Shown here: positions 43,984 through 54,479 of the stretch, in pieces
Position numbering within the stretch: position 1 is the stretch's first letter
Layout of the letters: every line of letters begins with the position of its first letter
Sequence record: OR880646.1
Reading direction: 5' to 3' (one strand)
Length of the DNA: 64,000 nt
From: Escherichia phage ECP2301
Program-made: the position numbers and the translations under genes
The notes under the pieces: model-generated
The model's database searches: none
What the model was told of the DNA's origin: nothing
What the model saw: the letters and a program-made list of their open reading frames with translations, nothing else

Positions 43984-44017
43984 CTTATTATTGAAAACAC
44001 AATAGGAGCCCGGGAGA

Positions 44018-47000
44018 ATGGCCGAGATTAAAAGAAAGTTCAGAGCAGAAGATGGTCTGGACGCAGGTGGCGATAAAATAATCAACGTAGCTTTAGCTGA
44101 TCGTGCCGTAGGAACTGACGGTGTTAACGTTGATTACCTAATTCAAGAAAACACAGTTCAACAATACGATCCAACTCGTGGATATTTAAAAGATTTTGTA
44201 ATCATTTATGATAACCGCTTTTGGGCTGCTATAAATGATATTCCAAAACCGGCAGGAGCTTTTAATAGCGGACGCTGGAGAGCATTACGTACCGATGCTA
44301 ACTGGATTACAGTCTCATCTGGTTCATATCAATTAAAATCTGGTGAAGCTATTTCGGTTAACACTGCAGCTGGTAATGATATTACATTTACTTTACCATC
44401 TACTCCAATTGACGGTGATACTATCGTTCTCCAAGACATTGGAGGAAAACCTGGAGTTAACCAAGTTTTAATTGTAGCTCCAGTGCAAAGTATTGTAAAC
44501 TTCAGAGGCGAGCAAGTACGTTCAGTACTAATGACTCATCCAAAGTCACAGTTAGTTTTAATTTTTAGTAATCGTCTGTGGCAAATGTATGTAGCTGATT
44601 ATAGTAGAGAAGCTGTAGTTGTAACACCAGCGAATACTTATCAAGCACAATCCAACGACTTTATCGTACGTAGATTTACTTCTGCTGCACCGATAAATAT
44701 TAAACTTCCGAGATTTGCTAATCACGGCGATATTATTAATTTCGTCGATTTGGATAAATTAAACCCTCTTTATCATACAATTGTTACGACATATGATGAA
44801 ACGACATCAGTACAAGAAGATGGAACTCATTCCATTGAAGGCCGTACATCTATTGACGGTTTCTTGATGTTTGATGATAATGAGAAATTATGGAGATTGT
44901 TTGACGGGGACAGTAAAGCACGTTTACGCATCATAACGACTAATTCAAATATTCGTCCAAACGAAGAAGTTATGGTATTTGGTGCGAATAATGGAACAAC
45001 TCAAACGATTGAGCTTCAGCTTCCAACTAATATTTCTGTTGGTGATACTGTTAAAATTTCCATGAATTACATGAGAAAAGGACAAACAGTTAAAATCAAA
45101 GCTGCCGGTGAAGATAAAATTGCTTCTTCAGTTCAATTGCTGCAATTCCCAAAACGTTCAGAATATCCACCTGAAGCTGAATGGGTGACTGTCCAAGAAT
45201 TAGTTTTTAACGGTGAAACTAATTATGTTCCAGTTTTACAACTTGCTTATATAGAAGATTCTGATGGAAAATACTGGGTTGTACAACAAAACGTTCCAAC
45301 TGTAGAAAGAGTTGATTCTTTAAATGATTCTACTAGAGCAAGATTAGGCGTGATTGCTTTAGCTACACAAGCGCAAGCTAATGTCGATTTAGAAAATTCT
45401 CCACAAAAAGAATTAGCAATTACTCCAGAAACATTAGCTAACCGTACTGCTACAGAAACTCGTAGAGGTATCGCAAGAATAGCAACTACTGCTCAAGTGA
45501 ATCAGAACACCACATTCTCTTTTGCTGATGATATTATCATCACTCCTAAAAAGCTGAATGAAAGAACTGCTACAGAAACTCGTAGAGGTGTTGCTGAAAT
45601 TGCTACGCAACAGGAAACTAATGCAGGTACTGATGATACTACAATCATCACTCCTAAAAAGCTTCAAGCTCGTCAGGGTTCTGAATCATTATCTGGTATT
45701 GTAACCTTTGTATCTACCGCAGGAGCTACTCCAGCTTCTAGTCGTGAATTAAATGGTACAAACGTTTATAATAAAAACACTAATAATTTAGTTGTTTCGC
45801 CTAAAGCTCTGGATCAGTATAAAGCTACTCCAACGCAACAAGGCGCAGTAATTTTAGCAGTTGAAAGTGAAGTAATTGCTGGACAGAGTCAAGAAGGATG
45901 GGCAAATGCGGTTGTAACGCCAGAAACGTTACATAAAAAGACATCAACTGATGGAAGAATTGGTTTAATTGAAATTGCTACGCAAAGTGAAGTTAATACA
46001 GGAACTGATTATACTCGTGCAGTCACTCCTAAAACTTTAAATGACCGTAAAGCAACTGAAAGTTTAAGTGGTATAGCTGAAATTGCTACGCAAGTTGAAT
46101 TCGACGCAGGCGTCGACGATACTCGTATCTCTACACCATTAAAAATTAAAACTAGATTTAATAGTACTGATCGTACTTCTGTTGTTGCTCTATCTGGATT
46201 AGTTGAATCAGGAACTCTCTGGGACCATTATACCCTTAATATTCTTGAAGCAAATGAGACACAGCGTGGTACACTTCGTGTGGCTACACAAGTTGAAGCT
46301 GCTGCAGGAACATTAGATAATGTTTTAATAACTCCTAAAAAGCTTTTAGGTACTAAATCTACCGAATCGCAAGAAGGTGTTATTAAAGTTGCAACGCAGT
46401 CTGAAACTGTGGCTGGAACGTCAGCAAATACTGCTGTATCTCCAAAAAATTTAAAATGGATTGTGCAGAGTGAACCTACTTGGGCAGCTACTACTGCGAT
46501 AAGAGGCTTTGTTAAAACTTCATCTGGTTCAATTACATTCGTTGGTAATGATACAGCTGGTTCTACGCAGGACTTAGAGCTATACGAGAAAAATAGCTAT
46601 GCAGTATCGCCATATGAATTAAACCGTGTATTAGCAAATTATTTGCCATTAAAAGCAAAAGCTGCTGATACAAATTTATTGGATGGTCTAGATTCATCTC
46701 AATTCATTCGTAGGGATATTGCACAGACGGTTAATGGTTCACTAACCTTAACCCAACAAACGAATCTGAGTGCCCCTCTTGTATCATCTAGTACTGCTAC
46801 GTTTGGCGGATCAGTTTCGGCAAACAGCACATTAACTATTTCTAATACTGGAACGGCAACTCGTCTGATTTTTGAGAAAGGACCTCAAACTGGAACTAAC
46901 CCAGTACAGACGATGACTATCAGAGTTTGGGGAAATCAGTTTGGTGGCGGTTCAGATACAACACGTTCTACTGTATTTGAAGTTGGTGATGAAACGTCTA

Positions 47001-47887
47001 ATCACTTTTATTCTCAACGCAATAAAGCTGGGAATATAACGTTTAGTATCAATGGTACTGTAATGCCAATAAATGTTAATGCTTCGGGTTCTTTGAATGC
47101 GAACGGCGTTGCAACATTTGGTAGTTCAGTTACAGCCAATGGCGAATTCATCAGCAAGTCTGCAAATGCTTTCAGAGCAATAAACGGTGATTATGGATTC
47201 TTTATTCGTAATGATGCTGCTAACACCTATTTTATGCTTACTGCATCGGGTGATCAGACTGGTGGATTTAATGGATTACGTCCTTTAGCTATTAATAATG
47301 CATCTGGTCAAGTAACGATTGGTGAAAGCTTAATCATTGCCAAAGGTGCTACTATAAATTCAGGTGGTTTAACTGTTAACTCGAGAATTCGTTCTCAGGG
47401 CACTAAAACATCTGACTTATATACCCGTGCGCCAACATCTGATACTGTAGGATTCTGGTCAATCGATATTAATGATTCAGCTACTTATAACCAGTTCCCA
47501 GGTTATTTTAAAATGGTTGAAAAAACTAATGAAGTGACTGGACTTCCGTACTTAGAACGTGGCGAAGAAGTTAAATCTCCTGGCACATTGACTCAGTTTG
47601 GTAACACACTTGATTCGCTTTACCAAGATTGGATTACTTATCCAACGACTCCAGAAGCACGTACCACTCGCTGGACACGTACCTGGCAGAAAACCAAAAA
47701 CTCTTGGTCAAGTTTTGTTCAGGTATTTGATGGAGGTAACCCTCCTCAACCATCTGATATCGGTGCTTTACCATCTGATAATGCTACAATGGGGAATCTT
47801 ACTATTCGTGATTTCTTACGAATTGGTAATGTTCGCATTATTCCTGACCCAGTGAATAAAACGGTTAAATTTGAATGGGTTGAATAA
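44018..47887 (+). CDS. 34: Long tail fibre proximal subunit gp34
   Basis: 1289 aa, T4 gp34 length; internal array of about 40-aa repeats (…TETRRG.A.IAT…TDDT.IITPKKL). Confidence 0.92.
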   Translation: MAEIKRKFRAEDGLDAGGDKIINVALADRAVGTDGVNVDYLIQENTVQQYDPTRGYLKDFVIIYDNRFWAAINDIPKPAGAFNSGRWRALRTDANWITVSSGSYQLKSGEAISVNTAAGNDITFTLPSTPIDGDTIVLQDIGGKPGVNQVLIVAPVQSIVNFRGEQVRSVLMTHPKSQLVLIFSNRLWQMYVADYSREAVVVTPANTYQAQSNDFIVRRFTSAAPINIKLPRFANHGDIINFVDLDKLNPLYHTIVTTYDETTSVQEDGTHSIEGRTSIDGFLMFDDNEKLWRLFDGDSKARLRIITTNSNIRPNEEVMVFGANNGTTQTIELQLPTNISVGDTVKISMNYMRKGQTVKIKAAGEDKIASSVQLLQFPKRSEYPPEAEWVTVQELVFNGETNYVPVLQLAYIEDSDGKYWVVQQNVPTVERVDSLNDSTRARLGVIALATQAQANVDLENSPQKELAITPETLANRTATETRRGIARIATTAQVNQNTTFSFADDIIITPKKLNERTATETRRGVAEIATQQETNAGTDDTTIITPKKLQARQGSESLSGIVTFVSTAGATPASSRELNGTNVYNKNTNNLVVSPKALDQYKATPTQQGAVILAVESEVIAGQSQEGWANAVVTPETLHKKTSTDGRIGLIEIATQSEVNTGTDYTRAVTPKTLNDRKATESLSGIAEIATQVEFDAGVDDTRISTPLKIKTRFNSTDRTSVVALSGLVESGTLWDHYTLNILEANETQRGTLRVATQVEAAAGTLDNVLITPKKLLGTKSTESQEGVIKVATQSETVAGTSANTAVSPKNLKWIVQSEPTWAATTAIRGFVKTSSGSITFVGNDTAGSTQDLELYEKNSYAVSPYELNRVLANYLPLKAKAADTNLLDGLDSSQFIRRDIAQTVNGSLTLTQQTNLSAPLVSSSTATFGGSVSANSTLTISNTGTATRLIFEKGPQTGTNPVQTMTIRVWGNQFGGGSDTTRSTVFEVGDETSNHFYSQRNKAGNITFSINGTVMPINVNASGSLNANGVATFGSSVTANGEFISKSANAFRAINGDYGFFIRNDAANTYFMLTASGDQTGGFNGLRPLAINNASGQVTIGESLIIAKGATINSGGLTVNSRIRSQGTKTSDLYTRAPTSDTVGFWSIDINDSATYNQFPGYFKMVEKTNEVTGLPYLERGEEVKSPGTLTQFGNTLDSLYQDWITYPTTPEARTTRWTRTWQKTKNSWSSFVQVFDGGNPPQPSDIGALPSDNATMGNLTIRDFLRIGNVRIIPDPVNKTVKFEWVE

Positions 47888-47895
47888 GAGGTATT

Positions 47896-49011
47896 ATGGA
47901 AAAATTTATGGCAGAGTTTGGACAAGGATATGTCCAAACGCCATTTTTATCGGAAAGTAATTCAGTAAGATATAAAATAAGTATAGCGGGTTCTTGCCCG
48001 CTTTCTACGGCAGGACCATACGTTAAATTTCAAGATAATCCTGTTGGAAGTCAAACATTTAGCGCAGGTCTTCATCTAAGAGTTTTTGACCCTTCCACCG
48101 GAGCATTAGTTGATAGTAAGTCATATGCTTTTTCTACTTCAAATGATACTACATCGGCTGCTTTTGTTAGTTTCATGAATTCTTTGACGAATAACAGACT
48201 TGTTGCTATATTAACTAGCGGAAAGGTTAATTTTCCTCCTGAAGTAGTATCTTGGCTAAGAGCTGCAGGAACGTCTGCTTTTCCATCTGATTCTTTATTG
48301 TCAAGATTTGACGTATCATATGCTGCTTTTTACACTTCTTCTAAAAGAGCTATTGCACTGGAGCATGTTAAACTAAGTAATAGAAAAAGCACAGATGATT
48401 ATCAAACTATTTTAGATGTTGTATTTGACAGTTTAGAAGACGTTGGAGCTACCGGGTTTCCAAGAAGAACGTATGAAAGCGTTGAGCAATTTATGTCGGC
48501 AGTTGGTGGAACTAATAACGAAATTGCACGTCTACCAACTTCAGCTGCTATAAGTAAATTATCTGACTATAATTTAATCCCTGGTGATGTTCTTTATCTT
48601 AAAGCACAGTTATATGCCGATGCCGATTTACTTGCGCTTGGAACTACAAATATATCTATCCGTTTTTATAATGCATCGAATGGATATATTTCCTCGACAC
48701 AAGCTGAGTTTACCGGGCAAGCTGGGTCTTGGGAATTAAAGGAAGATTATGTGGTTGTTCCAGAAAACGCTGTCGGATTTACGATATATGCACAAAGAAC
48801 AGCACAAGCTGGTCAAGGTGGCATGAGAAATTTAAGCTTTTCTGAAGTGTCAAGAAATGGAGGTATTTCGAAACCTGCTGAATTTGGCGTCAACGGCATT
48901 CGTGTTAATTATATCTGTGAATCTGCTTCACCTCCGGATATAATGGTACTTCCTACACAAGCATCGTCTAAAACTGGTAAAGTGTTTGGGCAAGAATTTA
49001 GAGAAGTATAA
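47896..49011 (+). CDS. 35: Long tail fibre hinge protein gp35
   Basis: 371 aa; position. Confidence 0.85.
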   Translation: MEKFMAEFGQGYVQTPFLSESNSVRYKISIAGSCPLSTAGPYVKFQDNPVGSQTFSAGLHLRVFDPSTGALVDSKSYAFSTSNDTTSAAFVSFMNSLTNNRLVAILTSGKVNFPPEVVSWLRAAGTSAFPSDSLLSRFDVSYAAFYTSSKRAIALEHVKLSNRKSTDDYQTILDVVFDSLEDVGATGFPRRTYESVEQFMSAVGGTNNEIARLPTSAAISKLSDYNLIPGDVLYLKAQLYADADLLALGTTNISIRFYNASNGYISSTQAEFTGQAGSWELKEDYVVVPENAVGFTIYAQRTAQAGQGGMRNLSFSEVSRNGGISKPAEFGVNGIRVNYICESASPPDIMVLPTQASSKTGKVFGQEFREV

Positions 49012-49014
49012 ATT

Positions 49015-49042
49015 GAGGGAGCCTTCGGGTTCCCTTTTTCTT
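49015..49042 (+). terminator. Intrinsic terminator after gene 35
   Basis: gggagcc-UUCG-ggttccc hairpin followed by TTTTTC. Confidence 0.7.
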
Positions 49043-49050
49043 TATAAATA
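49043..49050 (+). promoter_or_regulatory. Late promoter for gene 36
   Basis: TATAAATA about 25 nt upstream of gene 36 start. Confidence 0.75.
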
Positions 49051-49073
49051 CTATTAAAATAAAGGGGCATACA

Positions 49074-49733
49074 ATGGCTGATTTAAAAGTAGGTTCAACA
49101 ACTGGAGGCTCTGTCATTTGGCATCAAGGAAATTTTCCATTGAATCCAGCCGGTGACGATGTACTCTATAAATCATTTAAAATATATTCAGAATATAATA
49201 AACCACAAGCTGTTGATAACGATTTCGTTTCTAAAGCTAATGGTGGTACATATTTAAATAAAGTAATTTTTAATAAAGGAATGACTGTTCCTGGCGCAGG
49301 ATCAGGTGACAATGGTATTTTTGCTGGTCCTGGCGATAATGCCACGTATGATACTACAAATATGGATATTGTTTCGTGGTATGGTATTGGTTTTAAATCA
49401 TCGCAAGGTTCAGCAGCCAGAACTGTGGTAATTAATACACGTAATGGTGATATTAGTACAAAAGGTGTTGTGTCGGCAGCAGGTCAAGTAAGAAGTGATG
49501 CAGCTGCTCCTATAGCAGCGAATGACCTTACTAGAAAGGACTATGTTGATGGAGCAATAAATACTGTTACGGCAAATGCGGATTCTAGAGTTTTCCGTAA
49601 AGGCGACACTATGACTGGAAACTTAACCGCACCAAATTTTTTCTCGCAGAATCCTGCGTCTCAACCTTCACATGTTCCACGATTTGACCAAATCGTAATT
49701 AAGGATTCTGTTCAAGATTTCGGCTATTATTAA
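49074..49733 (+). CDS. 36: Long tail fibre distal connector gp36
   Basis: 219 aa; position. Confidence 0.85.
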   Translation: MADLKVGSTTGGSVIWHQGNFPLNPAGDDVLYKSFKIYSEYNKPQAVDNDFVSKANGGTYLNKVIFNKGMTVPGAGSGDNGIFAGPGDNATYDTTNMDIVSWYGIGFKSSQGSAARTVVINTRNGDISTKGVVSAAGQVRSDAAAPIAANDLTRKDYVDGAINTVTANADSRVFRKGDTMTGNLTAPNFFSQNPASQPSHVPRFDQIVIKDSVQDFGYY

Positions 49734-49741
49734 GAGGACTT

Positions 49742-52700
49742 ATGGCTACTTTAAAACAAATACAATTTAAAAGAAGCAAAACCGCAGGTGCACGTCCTGC
49801 TGCTTCAGTATTAGCCGAAGGTGAATTGGCTATAAACTTAAAAGATAGAACAATTTTTACTAAAGATGATTCAGGAAATATCATTGATTTAAGCATTTCC
49901 GCTGGCGGTAATATCAGTGGAAATATCACACAAACTGGAGATTATTTACAGAACGGTACATATAATCTCAATGGAAATCAGTTTGTTTATGCAGGAAAAT
50001 ATATTGAATTTTTACCTAAAACAGCTGGTAATGGTGCATGGGCAAATCAACACCTAAATAAAGCTCCTATCTTTACAGATTTGAGCTCAACTACTTCCGT
50101 TTCAGAATATCATCCGCTGATTAAACAACGCTATAAAGATGGAACTTTTTCTGTTGGTACGTTAGTAAACGAAGGAAGTTTTAAAATTCATTATATCAAT
50201 GAATCGGGAACTTCAAAATACTGGACATTTCGTAGAGATGGTGGATTTGTTGTTGATACAGGAAGTTTGACAGTAACAGATGGAAATATTTCTGCTTCTG
50301 GTAATATTAATTCGGCTACTGGGGTAGTTTCTGCTCCGCAAATCAATACAAAGACTATAGTATTTGACACAAAAGCATTTGGACAATACGATTCACAATC
50401 ATTAGTTCAATATGTTTATCCTGGAACAGGTGAAACAAACGGAATCAATTACCTTCGCAAATTCCGTGCTAAATCTGGCGGTACAATTTATCATGAATTG
50501 GCTTCTGCACAAACCGGAAAAAGTGATGAACTTTCTTGGTGGACTGGTAATACAGCGGTTAATAAACAAATGGGCCTTCGCAATGATGGTTCTTTAGTAT
50601 TACGACGTTCACTTGCAATTGGTACAATTACAACAGATGAAAACATCAATAACTACGGTTCTACTGGAGCAATGGGTGAATGTTATATAGTTATTGGTGA
50701 TGCATCAACAGGTTTATCATACAAAAAAACTGGGGTATATGACTTAGTTGCTAGTGGTCTTTCTGTAGCATCTATTACTCCTGATAGTTTCCGTAGTACG
50801 CGCAAAGCGATTTTTGGACGATCAGAAGACCAAGGTGGTACGTGGCTTCTTCCTGGCCAGAACGCAGCTCTTCTTTCAGTTCGTACTGAAGTTGACCAAA
50901 ATAATAACGGAGATGGTCAGACACATATTGGCTATAATAGTAATGGTAAATTTTATCATTATTTTAGAGGCAGAGGAAGAATGGCCATTGGAATGGCCGA
51001 AGGACTTATTGTTGAACCAGGAATTTTAGATATTAAAACTAGTTCAAATACATTAAGTCTGCGTGCTGATGGTACCGTCGCTTCTGTTCAAACATTAAAG
51101 CTTAATAACGGATTATATTTTAATAGTGATGGAACTAATGCTTCTCTAATTTTTAAAGCAGCTTCAGGTATTGATGGTACTAAACAAATACTTTGGGAAG
51201 GTGGTACTCGTGCTGGACAGAATAAGAGTTATGTAACTGCTAAAGCTTGGGGAAATTCATTTAATTCATCTGGCGATCGTAATCGTGAGACGGTTTTTGA
51301 AGTATCAGATGGACAAGGATATTATTTTTATGCTCAACGTGTAGCTCCTGCACCAGGTTCAACAACTGGCGCAGTTCAATTTAGAGTTGCTGGAGCATTA
51401 TTAACTTCTGGCGGTATTACATCATCTGGTTCTATTGTTACTGAATCTAGTTTAGTTGCTAATAATGGATTATCTGTAAACGGACAAGCTAAATTTGGCG
51501 GAACTGCTGATGCATTAAGAATTTGGAATGCTGAATATGGTGCCATTTTCCGTCGCTCAGAAGCAGCATTACATATTATCCCGACTCCTAAAGATGCTGG
51601 TGAAAGTGGTGGAATAAGTAATCTCCGCCCGCTAAGTATTAGTCTTAATAATGGTATGGTACAAATGCGCCATTCTGTTACGTTAGGAGATGATGGCGCT
51701 GGCGGTAATATGATTACTGTGGACAATGACAGTAAGCGTGTTGTATTAGCAAGTCATAGTCGTATTGCTCCTAATTTCAGAATGCAATTAGGACAAAATG
51801 CTTATATAGATATTGAGGCTTCTGATGGAGTTCGCCCAGCAGGTTGTGGTTCATTTGCATCTCAGAATGACGTAAATGTCAGAGCTCCAATTTATATGAA
51901 TATAGAGCGTACTGCTGCTTCTGAATATATTCCCATTGTTAAACAACGGTATGTAAATGGTGATAGTACTTATTCTATTGGCACATTAATTTCTCAAGGA
52001 GACTTCCGCGTTCATTATCACCAGGGCACGAGTACTACCGGTACTGATTTAAGCTGGGAATTCCGTCGCAATGGTGATTTCCGCGCGGCAGGTAAAATTA
52101 TTGCCGGTGCTGCTACTTTTGGCACTGATGGTAATATTACCGGTGGTTCCGGTAATTTTGCTAACCTAAATACGACTTTAAACCGTAAAGTTAATTCTGG
52201 ATTTATTACCTACGGTTCAACCGAAGGATGGTATAAGTTTGCAACAGTAACAATGCCACAGAGCGCAGCTACAGCAACATTTACATTGACTGGTGGTAGT
52301 GGGTTTAATGATGGATTAAATACCCAATGTTCTATAAATGAAATTGTTCTTCGTACCGGTAATAACAATCCTCCCGGATTAAATGCTGTATTATATAATC
52401 GTTCATTAAACGGATTTCGTAATATAGCTTATATTAATACACATGGGGATACATACGACATTTATATAAATGTCGGTCCTTACGCAAACCAAATGACTTG
52501 TTCTTGGAATGCGTCGGAGCAAGTTACCGTTGAAGTCGTTGGCATTAATGGAACAACTCAATCTCCTGTAGAAGAATTACCTTCTGGTTATGCTACTGGA
52601 CAAGTTGCTAATGTTCTTAATAACTTAGTTGATCGCGGTAAAGTTAAGCGTTACGAAGCTTATTCTGAAATAGCTATTAATAATCAAACTGGCATTCGTA

Positions 52701-53623
52701 TTAGAAGCAACGGCGATAAAACTGGTTCTGTTGCTACAATGCTACGAAATGATGGCGGTAGTTTTTATATTCTGTTTACAGATAAAAATGCCACCGATGG
52801 CGCAGCAACTGTTAACGGTGATTGGAATAGTAAACGTCCTTTCGCAATTAACTTAACAACCGGCGAAGTGTTAATGAATAATGGCATAGCTGTTCGCAGC
52901 GCTGCTTTATTCTACAACAGCATAAACGTCAAAGATAATGGTTCTATTAACTTTGATAAATCGGGTGCGAACCCGAGAAACATGCGTATATTCCATGCTG
53001 GTGATGGAACTCGTGGTAACCGTATTGAAATTGCTGATGAAACTAACTATATTGCTTACTTTGAAAAAACTCCAGGTGGAGCTAACCGCTTTGTAGTAAA
53101 TAATGCTACTGTAGCTGGTGTTAACCAAATGAATTCATTTGGTATTAATATCAATAACGCACTTGGTGGAAATAGTATAGCGTTTGGTGATAATGACACC
53201 GGTATTAAGCAAAATGGCGATGGATTATTAGACATATATGCGAATGGCGTACAGACTTTCCGTTTCCAAAACGGTGATTTGTACTCATACAAAAATATAA
53301 ATGCTCCAAACGTTTATATTCGTTCTGATATTCGTTTAAAATCCAACTTTAAACCTATCGAAAATGCACTCGATAAAGTTGAAAAACTTAACGGTGTCAT
53401 TTACGATAAAGCTGAATACATCGGTGGAGAGGCAATTGAAACTGAAGCGGGTATTGTGGCTCAAACACTGCAAGACGTTTTACCAGAAGCTGTCCGTGAA
53501 ACAGAAGACAGTAAGGGTAATAAAATACTCACTGTTTCTTCTCAGGCCCAGATTGCTCTTCTGGTTGAAGCTGTGAAAACACTTTCTTCTCGTGTAAAAG
53601 AACTTGAATCTAAACTTATGTAA
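49742..53623 (+). CDS. 37: Long tail fibre distal subunit gp37 with C-terminal chaperone-like domain (T2-type)
   Basis: 1293 aa; C-terminal ~110 aa (SDIRLKSNF...ELESKLM) resembles tailspike intramolecular chaperone domains; internal duplicated segments. Confidence 0.9.
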   Translation: MATLKQIQFKRSKTAGARPAASVLAEGELAINLKDRTIFTKDDSGNIIDLSISAGGNISGNITQTGDYLQNGTYNLNGNQFVYAGKYIEFLPKTAGNGAWANQHLNKAPIFTDLSSTTSVSEYHPLIKQRYKDGTFSVGTLVNEGSFKIHYINESGTSKYWTFRRDGGFVVDTGSLTVTDGNISASGNINSATGVVSAPQINTKTIVFDTKAFGQYDSQSLVQYVYPGTGETNGINYLRKFRAKSGGTIYHELASAQTGKSDELSWWTGNTAVNKQMGLRNDGSLVLRRSLAIGTITTDENINNYGSTGAMGECYIVIGDASTGLSYKKTGVYDLVASGLSVASITPDSFRSTRKAIFGRSEDQGGTWLLPGQNAALLSVRTEVDQNNNGDGQTHIGYNSNGKFYHYFRGRGRMAIGMAEGLIVEPGILDIKTSSNTLSLRADGTVASVQTLKLNNGLYFNSDGTNASLIFKAASGIDGTKQILWEGGTRAGQNKSYVTAKAWGNSFNSSGDRNRETVFEVSDGQGYYFYAQRVAPAPGSTTGAVQFRVAGALLTSGGITSSGSIVTESSLVANNGLSVNGQAKFGGTADALRIWNAEYGAIFRRSEAALHIIPTPKDAGESGGISNLRPLSISLNNGMVQMRHSVTLGDDGAGGNMITVDNDSKRVVLASHSRIAPNFRMQLGQNAYIDIEASDGVRPAGCGSFASQNDVNVRAPIYMNIERTAASEYIPIVKQRYVNGDSTYSIGTLISQGDFRVHYHQGTSTTGTDLSWEFRRNGDFRAAGKIIAGAATFGTDGNITGGSGNFANLNTTLNRKVNSGFITYGSTEGWYKFATVTMPQSAATATFTLTGGSGFNDGLNTQCSINEIVLRTGNNNPPGLNAVLYNRSLNGFRNIAYINTHGDTYDIYINVGPYANQMTCSWNASEQVTVEVVGINGTTQSPVEELPSGYATGQVANVLNNLVDRGKVKRYEAYSEIAINNQTGIRIRSNGDKTGSVATMLRNDGGSFYILFTDKNATDGAATVNGDWNSKRPFAINLTTGEVLMNNGIAVRSAALFYNSINVKDNGSINFDKSGANPRNMRIFHAGDGTRGNRIEIADETNYIAYFEKTPGGANRFVVNNATVAGVNQMNSFGININNALGGNSIAFGDNDTGIKQNGDGLLDIYANGVQTFRFQNGDLYSYKNINAPNVYIRSDIRLKSNFKPIENALDKVEKLNGVIYDKAEYIGGEAIETEAGIVAQTLQDVLPEAVRETEDSKGNKILTVSSQAQIALLVEAVKTLSSRVKELESKLM

Positions 53624-53650
53624 AAGAGGGCTTCGGCCCTCTAAGGATTT
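53623..53650 (+). terminator. Stem-loop after gene 37
   Basis: agagggc-UUCG-gccctct hairpin. Confidence 0.6.
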
Positions 53651-53653
53651 TTA

Positions 53654-54448
53654 ATGGCAATTGTAGGTGTTCCTGGCTGGATTGGTGAATCTGCCGTGAA
53701 TGAAACTGGACAACGTTGGATGGATGCTGCAATGAAAGCAGTTCGTGTTTCAGTTCCTGGTTGGATGAGCTCAATGGCCGGACAATCTAAAGAAGTATAT
53801 TACAGCATTGGTGCTAGCAATTCTTATAATAAAGACACACTAATAAATTATCTCAAATCTCAAGGTAGTACTCCTGTTGTTGTTACTATTACTGGTAACT
53901 TAGTTTCTTCATCTGCCGGGCAACCTTGCTTAGATTTTCCTAGTTCATTAACTAATGCTTATGTAACGCTTATTATAAATGGCGGTGTAACAGTATATGG
54001 TCGCGGAGGACGCGGCGCGCAAGCGGGAAACCAGGCGGGTGAAGCTGGTGGTACTGCAATTAACAATGGTATAGGTACTCGTCTACGAATCACTAACAAT
54101 GGAGCAATCGCTGGCGGCGGCGGTGGTGGTGGCGCCCAATCAACTGATAATGGATGGGGAGGTAAATATGTTTCTGGCGGTGGCGGCGGACGTCCTTTCG
54201 GAGCTGGTGGTAATAATGGAGCAAAAGCTCCGGGTGCATCAGCATCTTTAACATCTCCAGGCGCTGGCGGAAAAATGTATTCCGGCGTTGGATACTACGG
54301 TGGTGACGGTGGTAATGTTGGTGAACGAGGTAAGGATGCGGTTAGATTGAACGGCTATTCGAACTCACCTGGCGCAGCAGGTAAAGCTGTTACTGGTAAT
54401 GCTCCAACTTGGACTAAAGTTGGTACAATATATGGTGCAAGAGTATAA
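53654..54448 (+). CDS. 38: gp38 glycine-rich receptor-binding adhesin (T2-type)
   Basis: 264 aa; multiple poly-Gly motifs (GGGGGGGA, GGGGGRP) separated by variable segments. Confidence 0.85.
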   Translation: MAIVGVPGWIGESAVNETGQRWMDAAMKAVRVSVPGWMSSMAGQSKEVYYSIGASNSYNKDTLINYLKSQGSTPVVVTITGNLVSSSAGQPCLDFPSSLTNAYVTLIINGGVTVYGRGGRGAQAGNQAGEAGGTAINNGIGTRLRITNNGAIAGGGGGGGAQSTDNGWGGKYVSGGGGGRPFGAGGNNGAKAPGASASLTSPGAGGKMYSGVGYYGGDGGNVGERGKDAVRLNGYSNSPGAAGKAVTGNAPTWTKVGTIYGARV

Positions 54449-54479
54449 TTTTGAATAAATATCCTTAAAAGGAGGGTCT

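Noticed and set aside
54110-54195. GGN-rich simple repeat (ggcggcggcggtggtggtgg) as a possible CRISPR or satellite element
   Set aside because: It is the coding sequence for the poly-glycine motifs of gp38, not an array of repeats and spacers. It is kept only as a note on slippage potential.
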